Of a DNA stretch of 38,873 bases, positions 16,639 to 24,970 are shown piece after piece. The notes beneath the pieces were generated by a model that saw only the letters and a program-made list of their open reading frames with translations, did not search any database and had not been told where the DNA came from. Position 1 is the first letter of the stretch; each line of letters begins with the position of its first letter. The DNA comes from a virus, in IMG/VR virus record IMGVR_UViG_3300002138_000031, positions 1-38,873 of that record; one strand, written 5' to 3'. The translations under genes were made by a program, and so were the position numbers.

Positions 16639-18543
16639 GTGGCTACCATACCTAGTATAGCATCATCTACGAGTGCGCTTGGTACTGGTACAACATCAAG
16701 CACGCGTAGTTTAACATTACCTGCAACAATAAATGCAGGGGATTTACTTCTTATATATGCCATTAATGATGATAGTACAGACACTTACCAATTCAATGGT
16801 CAAACACCCCCTTCTGGTTTTACATTTTTAAAGGAGATAGGTTCTTCTAATGCTGACACTCATATTGGTTTATGGTGGAAAATAGCAGACGGTACAGAAG
16901 ATAGTTCAAGCGTAACTATTACAGCACAGTCATCTGATGATATGTGTGCTGTGTGTTTAAGAATTATTGATGCCGATACGACCAACCCTATTGGAATAGT
17001 CGGGGGCGGTATTGATTCTGCAAGTACGGCATCTCTTGTTATTCCTGCAATTACTACCGTAAATGACGATAGTTTAGCTTTATACTTTTTAAGTTCTGAT
17101 GGGGCTGATTGTAACCCATTTGGGCAACCTACTGGATGGACTGAATTAGGGGAATATGAGCCAAGTGGTGGGACACCAGCTAGTACAGTAGCAGGTGCGA
17201 TAGGTTATAAATCTATGGCAACGGCAGGGGATACTGGTACAGCTACCGTTTCTTTTAGTGCTACCGATGGTGGCATAGGTTTCCAAATGTCTATTAATCC
17301 AGTTGGTGTGCCTAATACTGGCTATATGGGGACTGTTGCTATATTACCTAATGATAGTGGTGAACAAGGTAATACGGATTATTGGGGTTGTAAGTGGACT
17401 GCGCCTAAAAGTGGGGCTATAACAGGTCATGTATATATGCAGGGCACTTCATCTGGCAGTAACAGAATGGCTATATATGCTGATAGTGCAGGTGCTCCAG
17501 GTGCTTTATTAGCAGATTCTAGTTCAAGTGGTTCAATCACAACGACAGCAGCATGGGTGACAGTGCCATTTAGTTATTCAGTTACAGCAGGGGTTACATA
17601 CCATTTAGCTATTTGGGGTGGCACATTTAGATACCATTTCTGGTATGGTACAGGGCAATATAAACAATCATGGATAGATCAATCATTTACTTTCCCAACA
17701 TGGGAAGACCCGCAAAGTACACCTGCAAACTATTTTGCCTATGATATAAGTGCTTATATTGAGATAGCAGGAGCAGCGGGGGGGTATGATCTTACAATTA
17801 CTCAAGGCAGTTATTCACTAACGGGACAAAGTGTAGGTTTAAAAAGACAATTAAAGTTAAGTTGTAATCAAGGTTCTTATTCTTTATCGGGTCAGGCAGT
17901 AGCACTTAAAAAAGGAGTTACCCTACCTATTAATCAAGGGGCTTATACTCTATCAGGGCAATCTGTTAATTTTAAACGTGCATTAAAAGTAAGTTTAAAT
18001 AATGGTTCTTATTCACTAAGTGGGCAGACCGTTGGGCTCAAAAGGGTGTTAATGGTTTCAGTATCTCAGGGTTCTTACTCTTTAAGCGGGCAGGATATAG
18101 CATATTCACTTGATAAAAACATTTCAATTACTCAAGGTTCATATCTTTTGTCAGGGCAGACACTTGGGTTAAAGAGACAATTAAGAGTAAGTATAAGTCA
18201 AGGTAGCTATTCTTTAAGTGGGCAGAGTATAGCATTTAATAACGATGCTGCTGTAACTTTACAAGGTGGTACTTATAGTTTAAGTGGGCAGCCATTAGGA
18301 CTTAAAAGGTCTTTAATATTAAGCATTAGTAAAGGGAGTTATACTTTAGATGGTCAAGGGTTAAATTTTGAAGTAGGCAAAAGTGTAAATTTAGAAACTG
18401 GTAATTTTGTTTTATCGGGTCAATCTGTTACATTTGTAAGGGGTCTACGTTTATCCATTGATAGTGGTGTTTATTCCTTGAATGGTCAAGCGGTTAATTT
18501 TAGTTTACAAGCCAATAGAAGGCGTTATATTTTAATAAGTTGA
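16639..18543 (+). CDS. Tail fibre / receptor-binding protein with 11 x 22-aa C-terminal repeats
   Basis: GTG start, 634 aa. The N-terminal part of about 385 aa is Ser/Thr/Gly-rich with beta-sandwich-like stretches (KWTAPKSGAITGHVYMQG...RMAIYADSAGAPGALL...GVTYHLAIWG). It is followed by repeats of QGSYSLSGQxVxLKRxLxVSxx. Confidence 0.7.
   Translation: MATIPSIASSTSALGTGTTSSTRSLTLPATINAGDLLLIYAINDDSTDTYQFNGQTPPSGFTFLKEIGSSNADTHIGLWWKIADGTEDSSSVTITAQSSDDMCAVCLRIIDADTTNPIGIVGGGIDSASTASLVIPAITTVNDDSLALYFLSSDGADCNPFGQPTGWTELGEYEPSGGTPASTVAGAIGYKSMATAGDTGTATVSFSATDGGIGFQMSINPVGVPNTGYMGTVAILPNDSGEQGNTDYWGCKWTAPKSGAITGHVYMQGTSSGSNRMAIYADSAGAPGALLADSSSSGSITTTAAWVTVPFSYSVTAGVTYHLAIWGGTFRYHFWYGTGQYKQSWIDQSFTFPTWEDPQSTPANYFAYDISAYIEIAGAAGGYDLTITQGSYSLTGQSVGLKRQLKLSCNQGSYSLSGQAVALKKGVTLPINQGAYTLSGQSVNFKRALKVSLNNGSYSLSGQTVGLKRVLMVSVSQGSYSLSGQDIAYSLDKNISITQGSYLLSGQTLGLKRQLRVSISQGSYSLSGQSIAFNNDAAVTLQGGTYSLSGQPLGLKRSLILSISKGSYTLDGQGLNFEVGKSVNLETGNFVLSGQSVTFVRGLRLSIDSGVYSLNGQAVNFSLQANRRRYILIS
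17803..18528 (+). repeat. Eleven tandem 66-bp (22-codon) diverged coding repeats
   Basis: Repeat units begin QGSYSLTGQ, QGSYSLSGQ, QGAYTLSGQ, NGSYSLSGQ, QGSYSLSGQ, QGSYLLSGQ, QGSYSLSGQ, GGTYSLSGQ, KGSYTLDGQ, TGNFVLSGQ, SGVYSLNGQ. The period is exactly 22 aa (first unit at 17803, second at 17869). Confidence 0.9.
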
Positions 18544-19430
18544 GAGATAGATTATACATAACATTCAATCCACCGTATGTAGCACCCGTACAAGGTCCAC
18601 AACCTGAAACAATTGCTTATTTAGATGCGGTTGGCATAGTAGATGATGGAACTGTTTATTTTACAGGTACGGCACAAGAAACAACGGGTGCTTTAATTTG
18701 GGGTTATTTAGATACAAGGGTTGTTAATATTAAAAATTTATTGGGGCTACCTTTAAATGTAGATAATTTAGGCAGTATATTAGGTTATTGGTATCCTAGA
18801 ATAAGTGTTAATACAAATGGTGTTATAAAGAATATTGCTGATATTTCAAGATATTCAGGCACTTTATTTGGCGGTTATACAATAAGTTCAACGGGTATCT
18901 TATATAACGGCACAAATGGTTATATGTCAACGGGCGCAACTATGAAAACATTAAATACTAATGTAGGCATGAGTAATAGTAAATGTGCTTATGGTATAAT
19001 TGTTAAAACGAATGTAAGTGGTACTTATGTTGACTTCGGGGCATTAGATAATAGCGGGGGTTTAGATACTCATATAGCCTTATATTCAAGAAATGGTAGT
19101 GGTAATATGGTTATGCGTAATTTTGTAGCAGGCGTTAACTATAATGTTGCAGTGGCTAATAGTTTAGGTCATTGCTATATGGTAAGAGACACTACTACCC
19201 AATTCAAAGCATACAAAGACACAAGTTTATTATTAACACAAGCAACGGCAGCAGCATCAACATCTTATGGGCTAGAAGTAATTACTGAAGGGGCTTTGAA
19301 TAATGACGGCAGTATTATACAATATGCACCTAGAGAATATACCTCATTGTGGTGTGGTTGTGTTACCCCTGCAGAAGCACTATTAATAGATATTGAATTA
19401 AGAGGACTAGACACAGATTTAAACAGATAA
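18540..19430 (+). CDS. Fibre-associated protein, LamG/concanavalin-like lectin fold (putative)
   Basis: TTG start in a TTGA overlap with the fibre stop, with no in-frame ATG nearby. The Gly/Asn/Thr-rich beta pattern (GTLFGGYTISSTGILYNGTNGYM ... YGIIVKTNVSGTYVDFGALD) is typical of LamG-like domains. Confidence 0.4.
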   Translation: MRDRLYITFNPPYVAPVQGPQPETIAYLDAVGIVDDGTVYFTGTAQETTGALIWGYLDTRVVNIKNLLGLPLNVDNLGSILGYWYPRISVNTNGVIKNIADISRYSGTLFGGYTISSTGILYNGTNGYMSTGATMKTLNTNVGMSNSKCAYGIIVKTNVSGTYVDFGALDNSGGLDTHIALYSRNGSGNMVMRNFVAGVNYNVAVANSLGHCYMVRDTTTQFKAYKDTSLLLTQATAAASTSYGLEVITEGALNNDGSIIQYAPREYTSLWCGCVTPAEALLIDIELRGLDTDLNR

Positions 19431-19909
19431 TGAAAAAAGTAGCAGAAATATCAATTTCACAATACAGACAATTAGTAGGGCAATTATGTTCTAATGATTG
19501 GTATTTTAACCCCACCGTTATGACGGATGGTAGGTTCTTCATAAGCGAAGAAGAAATAAACGCTTATAGTGGTCAAGACTTCGCATATATCAAAGATTTA
19601 ACTTTAATTGATTATGTTAATGTTATACCAGATACGACACCACCAACGCCAACGGGTTACGGAATTGAGATACCTTCAAAGTATTTAGGTTTAGGGTTGT
19701 TCCCTAATGATTCTTTTAGTTTAAACGGCTTTACAATTCCATTGACTGCATATAATAGTGGTTTGGCAGTAGACTTGGCTTATTTAGGTTGGGAAGCCTT
19801 TAGAAATGAGCAAGATTACAAATATAATGAAGCTGTTAAAAATAGTTTTAGCCAATTATGGTATGAATTATTAACTTTGTATCAAAATAATCAAATAGTA
19901 CAACTATAA
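19430..19909 (+). CDS. Hypothetical protein (159 aa), fibre/lysis boundary
   Basis: TAATG overlaps at both ends. I recognised no motif. Confidence 0.5.
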   Translation: MKKVAEISISQYRQLVGQLCSNDWYFNPTVMTDGRFFISEEEINAYSGQDFAYIKDLTLIDYVNVIPDTTPPTPTGYGIEIPSKYLGLGLFPNDSFSLNGFTIPLTAYNSGLAVDLAYLGWEAFRNEQDYKYNEAVKNSFSQLWYELLTLYQNNQIVQL

Positions 19910-20460
19910 TGGAAAATCTACAAATATTAATGGTTCACACTCCTTTTAATTGGAAACGACCACTTACAATAATAAGTCATTTAATAAGAAAGGTCACGTG
20001 CCACTTCTTTAATCATGGTAGCGTTAGAATACTTTTAGAGGGTAAATGGTTTATAGTTGAATCCGATATTAAAGGTGTTATACTTATACCTTATGAAGAT
20101 TGGGTAAAAGAACAAATAGTAGATGTATGGATACCGCCAAACGCACATGAAATAGAAGCAGCCAACTTACCTTTTAATAATAAGACAGTCCGTCAAAGAT
20201 TACTTTCAAAGGTTGGTAAAACTAAATATGATTTCTTATCTTTGTTTTGGTTTATGCTAGTTTATAAATTAACGGGTAAGTTCTACGGATTTACAAGTGA
20301 AAGAAAGGCAACTAAGACACTTTATTGCTTTGAATATATAGCATGGGCATTTGGCTACAAAGAATGGTTTAAAGTGGATGGTGGTGCTATGGAGACCGCA
20401 TTAAAAGAAAATAGTGCATGGAGAAAACATAACAGAATACACGCAAAAGAATTATTATGA
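19909..20460 (+). CDS. Permuted papain-like (NlpC/P60 superfamily, YiiX/C92-like) hydrolase, putative
   Basis: FNHGSVRILLEGKWFIVESDIKGVILIPYEDWV (His region) precedes TLYCFEYIAWAFG (Cys region). This matches the His-before-Cys order of permuted NlpC/P60 amidases. It sits next to the small TM proteins. Confidence 0.45.
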   Translation: MENLQILMVHTPFNWKRPLTIISHLIRKVTCHFFNHGSVRILLEGKWFIVESDIKGVILIPYEDWVKEQIVDVWIPPNAHEIEAANLPFNNKTVRQRLLSKVGKTKYDFLSLFWFMLVYKLTGKFYGFTSERKATKTLYCFEYIAWAFGYKEWFKVDGGAMETALKENSAWRKHNRIHAKELL

Positions 20461-20524
20461 GTATTAAAAAACATTTAGAAGAAATAACTGCATTTTTAAC
20501 ATCAATACTGTATCATTTATTTGG

Positions 20525-20740
20525 ATGAAAGTAGTCTATGCCGTTCACCATTGTTACCAAAATGCAGAGGTAATAACTGCCATGTTTACGGGTGGAACTA
20601 CTTCTTATGTTTTAATGGGCGGTGGTATAAATTGGAGTGAACAAGTAGCACGTTTCTGTTTTAGTATAGCAGCCTCTTTATTGTCTGCTTATTTCGTTAA
20701 TAAAATTAAAAATTTCAAAGATGGCAAGAAAAAGAACTAA
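20525..20740 (+). CDS. Holin-like small membrane protein (71 aa)
   Basis: Two hydrophobic segments (VITAMFTGGTTSYVLMGGG and FCFSIAASLLSAYFV) followed by a basic tail, NKIKNFKDGKKKN. Located in the lysis region. Confidence 0.5.
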   Translation: MKVVYAVHHCYQNAEVITAMFTGGTTSYVLMGGGINWSEQVARFCFSIAASLLSAYFVNKIKNFKDGKKKN

Positions 20741-20951
20741 AGTAACACCGAGATGGTTAAGTTTAACTAGGAGTGTTTATGCTTATATTACGGGTAGTAG
20801 TTTAATTAGTATGACCTTAGAAAACTTTGGGTGGACACCGCAAGGGATATTGACGTTTATAGGTTGGTGGGGGGTTTTAGGGGTTGCTATTCAATTCGGT
20901 TGTGATACATCAGATGAAAATAAGAAAATAGACCCTATAAAACCTCAATAA
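20721..20951 (+). CDS. Second small membrane protein (76 aa), holin/antiholin-like
   Basis: Basic N-terminus MARKRTKVTPRW, two hydrophobic segments (VYAYITGSSLISMTL and ILTFIGWWGVLGVAIQFG), and an acidic/basic tail. Confidence 0.45.
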   Translation: MARKRTKVTPRWLSLTRSVYAYITGSSLISMTLENFGWTPQGILTFIGWWGVLGVAIQFGCDTSDENKKIDPIKPQ

Positions 20952-21955
20952 TGTCATATAAAATTACTCAAATCGGTAAAGTTGCATTAGAATATCTAGC
21001 GCAATACAAAGATTCTAGTAAACGGACAATAGCCACTTTAATGGCATTAGAACATCCAGAACTATACTCAAGCGTAGAACACGCAAGGGGAGTTATTAGA
21101 AAGTATACTAATGCAAGTGGGACAAGTAAAGTTAAAAATCCAGTAGACCATAATACACAATATTCAAGAGAAAACCCTTTCGGAATCCCTGAAAGTACGG
21201 GTAAGATTAGACAATATTTTAAAGTAAAAGGTAAAAAGGTTTTATGGCTTTCAGATATTCATTTTCCTAACCATGATATAGGGGCGTTAAACGCAGCACT
21301 TCAATTTGGCAAAGATGATAAAATTGATACTATTATTATAGGCGGGGACTTATTGGATAATGAACCATTTACAAATCACTTAAACCCTCCACCAATTCTT
21401 ACAGATGTAAAGAGATGGTTTGATATGATTATTGAGTTTTTAGATATGTTAAAAATTCAATTCCCTAAAGCTGAAATACACTTTATGGAGGGCAATCATG
21501 ATGCGTGGTATAAAAGATGGTTAATGAGTAAGGCTCAACTATTATTCCATGATGAATACTATACGTTGTCATCAAGATTAAAGTTAAGAGAAAAAGGCAT
21601 ACAATGGCATGGTGAAAGTATTATAGTTCAAGCGGGTAAATTACCTATGACACATGGGCATTTAATTGTAAAGGGATTCTTTAGCCCTGTAAACCCTGCA
21701 AGGGGTGTATTTAATAAACTTAAATCTAGTATGTTAATTGGGCATTGTCATCAAACATCAGAACACTCAGAAAGTAATTTAAGTGGTGAGGTAATTACAA
21801 CTTATTCAACGGGGTGTTTGTGTACGTTAGCCCCCGACTACGACCCATTTAATACTAGACATAATTTAGGGTTTGCCCGTATAGATGTTGATAGTAGTGA
21901 TAATTACAAAGTATTTAATAAAAGAATTGATTTACATACTAAAGATATTTACTAA
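20951..21955 (+). CDS. Calcineurin-like metallophosphoesterase
   Basis: Full motif set: LSDIHF (DxH), GGDLLD (GDxxD), EGNHDAWY (GNHD), THGH and GHCHQ (GHxH). An N-terminal extension of about 90 aa has unknown function. Confidence 0.85.
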   Translation: MSYKITQIGKVALEYLAQYKDSSKRTIATLMALEHPELYSSVEHARGVIRKYTNASGTSKVKNPVDHNTQYSRENPFGIPESTGKIRQYFKVKGKKVLWLSDIHFPNHDIGALNAALQFGKDDKIDTIIIGGDLLDNEPFTNHLNPPPILTDVKRWFDMIIEFLDMLKIQFPKAEIHFMEGNHDAWYKRWLMSKAQLLFHDEYYTLSSRLKLREKGIQWHGESIIVQAGKLPMTHGHLIVKGFFSPVNPARGVFNKLKSSMLIGHCHQTSEHSESNLSGEVITTYSTGCLCTLAPDYDPFNTRHNLGFARIDVDSSDNYKVFNKRIDLHTKDIY

Positions 21956-22227
21956 TGAAGATTAAATTACCAGTTGTAGACCTTTCTTATTTACTATCTG
22001 ATGATGAGTTAGAGGATTTAGGTATGACACCCCCAAATGATGATGAAATAGATTATGATTCTTTACCTGTAACAGATAATATATTTTATATGGTTCACTC
22101 TATAAGACCTATAAACTCCCATTACTCTGCTTTATGTGTAGCGGGTTATGAATGGACTATTAAACTACCTTTAAGGGCGTTAGAAAGTAAAATAGACAAA
22201 GCAAGATTTAATATAAATGATAATTAA
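21955..22227 (+). CDS. Acidic hypothetical protein (90 aa)
   Basis: TAATG overlap with the previous gene. I recognised no motif. Confidence 0.45.
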   Translation: MKIKLPVVDLSYLLSDDELEDLGMTPPNDDEIDYDSLPVTDNIFYMVHSIRPINSHYSALCVAGYEWTIKLPLRALESKIDKARFNINDN

Positions 22228-22267
22228 AATGTTTACAAAACAAGAAAATAGAACCAATTAAACCGCA

Positions 22268-22723
22268 ATGAAACTAATACAAATAGCAGAAAAAGAAATA
22301 GGGACAAAAGAAAGTCCTAAAAATTCTAATAAAACTAAATACGGCAAGTGGTTTGGGCTTGATGGGTTTGCCTGGTGCGGAATGTTTGTTAGTTGGGTGT
22401 ATGACCAAGCAGAAATGAGGTTGCCTAAAATCGGATTTACTAAAGGTTTTGCAGGGTGTCAAACGGCGGTTGCTTATTTCAAAAAGAATAAACAAATTGT
22501 TAAAGTACCAAAAGAGGGTGACATTGTTTTCTTTGATTGGAATAAAGACGGAAGATATGATCATACAGGCATCTTTGTAAAAGACATTGACGGAGTAACC
22601 TTTGAATCAATAGAAGGTAATACAGCTTTTGGCAATGATAGTAATGGCGGTGAAGTAATGAGGCGTAGACGTTCTTATACTTATGCTATATTTGCCCGTC
22701 CGTTTCCTGACAATCATTTATAA
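22268..22723 (+). CDS. CHAP-domain peptidoglycan hydrolase (endolysin)
   Basis: Catalytic-type motifs FAWCGMFVSWV (Cys), YDHTGIFV (His) and SIEGNT. 151 aa with no signal peptide. Confidence 0.85.
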   Translation: MKLIQIAEKEIGTKESPKNSNKTKYGKWFGLDGFAWCGMFVSWVYDQAEMRLPKIGFTKGFAGCQTAVAYFKKNKQIVKVPKEGDIVFFDWNKDGRYDHTGIFVKDIDGVTFESIEGNTAFGNDSNGGEVMRRRRSYTYAIFARPFPDNHL

Positions 22724-22740
22724 CCGATTCTAAAAATAAA

Positions 22741-22773
22741 TTTGTTTCTTCAATAAGGTATTATATATCTTTG
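22741..22773 (+). promoter_or_regulatory. Bacteroidota-type promoter (-33 TTTG, -7 TAtcTTTG)
   Basis: TTTG at 22741..22744 and TAtcTTTG at 22766..22773, with a 21-nt spacer. The start codon (22778) is 4 nt after the -7 box. Confidence 0.55.
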
Positions 22774-22777
22774 TGCT

Positions 22778-23374
22778 ATGGTGAAAATAATAATACTAGT
22801 CTTTTACATCCTTCTTTTTACATTAGGATTAAACGCTCAAAACAGACCAACGGCAAACAATGACACCACTTATAGTAACTCTGTCAATGTGCTTTTAAAT
22901 GATTCTGATTTAGACAATGATGCACTACGCATTTTAGATTATCAAATCAACGGGGTTAAATACTCTACAAGAAATTCATCAAGACAAACCGATTACGGGC
23001 AAATTACTTTTAATTCAAGCGGTGATGTAATATGTGATTCAATTTGTAGTTTCATGTATAGAATAAGCGACGGCAATAGAGGTGTAGATACTGCTTATGT
23101 TACCTTTTTAAAGCCCTTAGAAGTAATTGGAGATACTAATAAAATGGTTTTAACCAATACTATTTGGGTAAGTTGGACTAAAAAAGTGAACTGCATTAAT
23201 AATCCAAACGGATCTATTAAAGTAGAGGTTCAAAATAATGACGGCACGATGTTGTTAAATGGTGTTTTAAAGCCTAATGACTGGATATATTGTATTGAAG
23301 GTGCAAAGCAATACTCTTTTATAATTAACCATGAACTTGCATTGAAAATTGAAAATGAAGGATGTAAAGAGTAA
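22778..23374 (+). CDS. Secreted protein with cadherin-like/VCBS-type N-terminal domain
   Basis: Signal peptide MVKIIILVFYILLFTLGLNA|Q, then PTANNDTTYSNSVNVLLNDSDLDNDALRI, which resembles the xNDxDxDxDxL motif of bacterial cadherin-like repeats. Confidence 0.55.
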   Translation: MVKIIILVFYILLFTLGLNAQNRPTANNDTTYSNSVNVLLNDSDLDNDALRILDYQINGVKYSTRNSSRQTDYGQITFNSSGDVICDSICSFMYRISDGNRGVDTAYVTFLKPLEVIGDTNKMVLTNTIWVSWTKKVNCINNPNGSIKVEVQNNDGTMLLNGVLKPNDWIYCIEGAKQYSFIINHELALKIENEGCKE

Positions 23375-23765
23375 GTTTGCTGTAAAATTACTAAGTTATA
23401 AGCATTGCATTGAGTGTAGAAAAAAGTTATTAAGTGAAGGTGTAGAGGTCGGTGTAATATATAGAAATGCAGTTGGCAAATATATTATAGTATCAAGCAA
23501 TGAGGTAATCATTAGAAATGAAAAGTTTGTTAAGGATAGAAAAATAAAGGCGGTAATTTATCCTAAAGGGTATATTCATGTAGATGAAAGTAAAAAGCGA
23601 AAACGCAAGAACCAGCCAAGTTTAAATGAGTTCCCAAAATTAAAGGCTAAAGTAAAGGATTATAAAGGTGCTATTAAATTATTTGGCAGTACATTAAGAC
23701 CTTTAGAGGCTAGTAGATCAAAGAAGTTTCAAAAGATATTACAAGGTGTAGAAAGTATTTTATAG
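23349..23765 (+). CDS. Basic hypothetical protein (138 aa)
   Basis: Last ORF before the strong terminator. Lys/Arg-rich (SKKRKRKNQPS). I recognised no motif. Confidence 0.45.
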   Translation: MKMKDVKSKFAVKLLSYKHCIECRKKLLSEGVEVGVIYRNAVGKYIIVSSNEVIIRNEKFVKDRKIKAVIYPKGYIHVDESKKRKRKNQPSLNEFPKLKAKVKDYKGAIKLFGSTLRPLEASRSKKFQKILQGVESIL

Positions 23766-23785
23766 ACACAAATAACCAAAATAAG

Positions 23786-23816
23786 AACCTCTACTTTAAT
23801 CGGTAGGGGTTTTTTA
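23786..23816 (+). terminator. Intrinsic terminator ending the long late transcription unit
   Basis: AACCTCTAC (23786..23794) pairs with GTAGGGGTT (23803..23811), 9 bp with one G-U and an 8-nt loop, followed by a T-run to about 23816. Confidence 0.8.
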
Positions 23817-23921
23817 TTATTAAAATATGTAAAAAAGGGCTAATTATATGTTTTTGCATACAATAATATGTATTTAGTAATCAACTATTTAAGGTTTAAT
23901 TTAAGTTATTTTTAAAATAAA

Positions 23922-23953
23922 TTTGTAAGTACGGATTATTGTATGTACGTTTG
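23922..23953 (+). promoter_or_regulatory. Early promoter P1 (-33 TTTG, -7 TAcgTTTG, then CAATACA)
   Basis: TTTG at 23922..23925 and TAcgTTTG at 23946..23953, with a 20-nt spacer. The TTGCAATA extension is shared with 26263 and 29490. A 7-bp inverted repeat (ATTGTAT/ATACAAT) brackets the -7 box. Confidence 0.6.
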
Positions 23954-23974
23954 CAATACAATTAAGAAATTAAC

Positions 23975-24130
23975 ATGACTAAAAAACAAATAAAAGATAG
24001 GGCTAATTTTAGATTTGATAAATTTGATTTAGCGAAGTGGAAAAAGAAAGCAAAAAAGCATAGTATTACACTTACTGAGTATTTAACTAGAAAGGCTAAC
24101 GATGATAATGATAAACATTTATTTATATGA
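23975..24130 (+). CDS. Small ribbon-helix-helix-like DNA-binding protein (51 aa)
   Basis: My own translation: MTKKQIKDRANFRFDKFDLAKWKKKAKKHSITLTEYLTRKANDDNDKHLFI. The xxFRFDxxxxxxWKxxAxxxxxTLTEYL pattern resembles RHH/CopG-like regulators. First gene after P1. Confidence 0.45.
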   Translation: MTKKQIKDRANFRFDKFDLAKWKKKAKKHSITLTEYLTRKANDDNDKHLFI

Positions 24131-24255
24131 CCTTAATAATAAATAAGCACCATAGTAGTTATTCATCTTTTATAGATGGTAAATACATAGAATCAAACAA
24201 CCTAGAAAACTTAATTAAATTAGCAAACAATTACAATAAAATCATAATAAAATGA
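24127..24255 (+). CDS. Mini-ORF (42 aa), translationally coupled
   Basis: My own translation: MTLIINKHHSSYSSFIDGKYIESNNLENLIKLANNYNKIIIK. ATGA overlaps at both ends (24127..24130 and 24252..24255). Confidence 0.3.
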   Translation: MTLIINKHHSSYSSFIDGKYIESNNLENLIKLANNYNKIIIK

Positions 24256-24563
24256 AAATTACAATTAAACAAACAATCGAAAAAGAAGTACAAGTACCTC
24301 ACTATTTTATGTCTGATGAAAAAGTTTATAGACACGATGGTGATGAAAAGTTTACCTGTATATATAATTACAATGCAATTAAAATAACAGTAATACGCAA
24401 AGGGGATGATGGTAGTATGATTAATTGGGATGATATTACTATTATATCACAGAATCAATTTAAAGCAGTCTTTTTAACCGCTATTGCAGAGATAGCAGGT
24501 TTTGAAATAGACACTTGGGAGGACTTAGAATCAGATGTACAAGCTAAATCAATAGGAAAATGA
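24252..24563 (+). CDS. Early hypothetical protein (103 aa)
   Basis: Track ORF in the ATGA-coupled early chain. Confidence 0.55.
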   Translation: MKITIKQTIEKEVQVPHYFMSDEKVYRHDGDEKFTCIYNYNAIKITVIRKGDDGSMINWDDITIISQNQFKAVFLTAIAEIAGFEIDTWEDLESDVQAKSIGK

Positions 24564-24970
24564 ATACAAAAATAATAATAGCATCTCAAACTAGTAATAA
24601 TGATTGGTGCAACATCAAAACCCCAGAAGGTAAAGAAATCTCTTTAAACCTTAAATCTAACCCTATAACCGCTAAATTAATTCAAGATGGGGCTAAAGAA
24701 GTTGAAGTAAACTTAGTTGATAAAAATGGTAAATTCTATGCTTGGGATATTAAAGAGCAAAAGAGTGGGGGTTTCGCTAAACTAACATCTGAGCAATTAG
24801 CAGAAAAAAAACAAAGAGAAGATCATACGCAAAGAATGATAGTAGCACAAAACTGCATGAGTAATGCAACTAACTTTTATTCTCAAAGTACTGGTAAAAC
24901 ATTTGTAGATATTGCAGCAATGGCAAAAGATATGTATGCGTGGGTAATGACAATAAGCAAAGATGAATAA
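24560..24970 (+). CDS. Early hypothetical protein (136 aa)
   Basis: Track ORF in the ATGA-coupled early chain. Confidence 0.55.
   Translation: MNTKIIIASQTSNNDWCNIKTPEGKEISLNLKSNPITAKLIQDGAKEVEVNLVDKNGKFYAWDIKEQKSGGFAKLTSEQLAEKKQREDHTQRMIVAQNCMSNATNFYSQSTGKTFVDIAAMAKDMYAWVMTISKDE

Noticed and set aside
17803-18528. Regular 66-bp periodicity considered as a possible CRISPR array or non-coding tandem repeat
   Set aside because: The periodicity is in frame inside a long ORF, is conserved at the protein rather than the DNA level, and has no repeat/spacer alternation. It is a coding repeat of the fibre.
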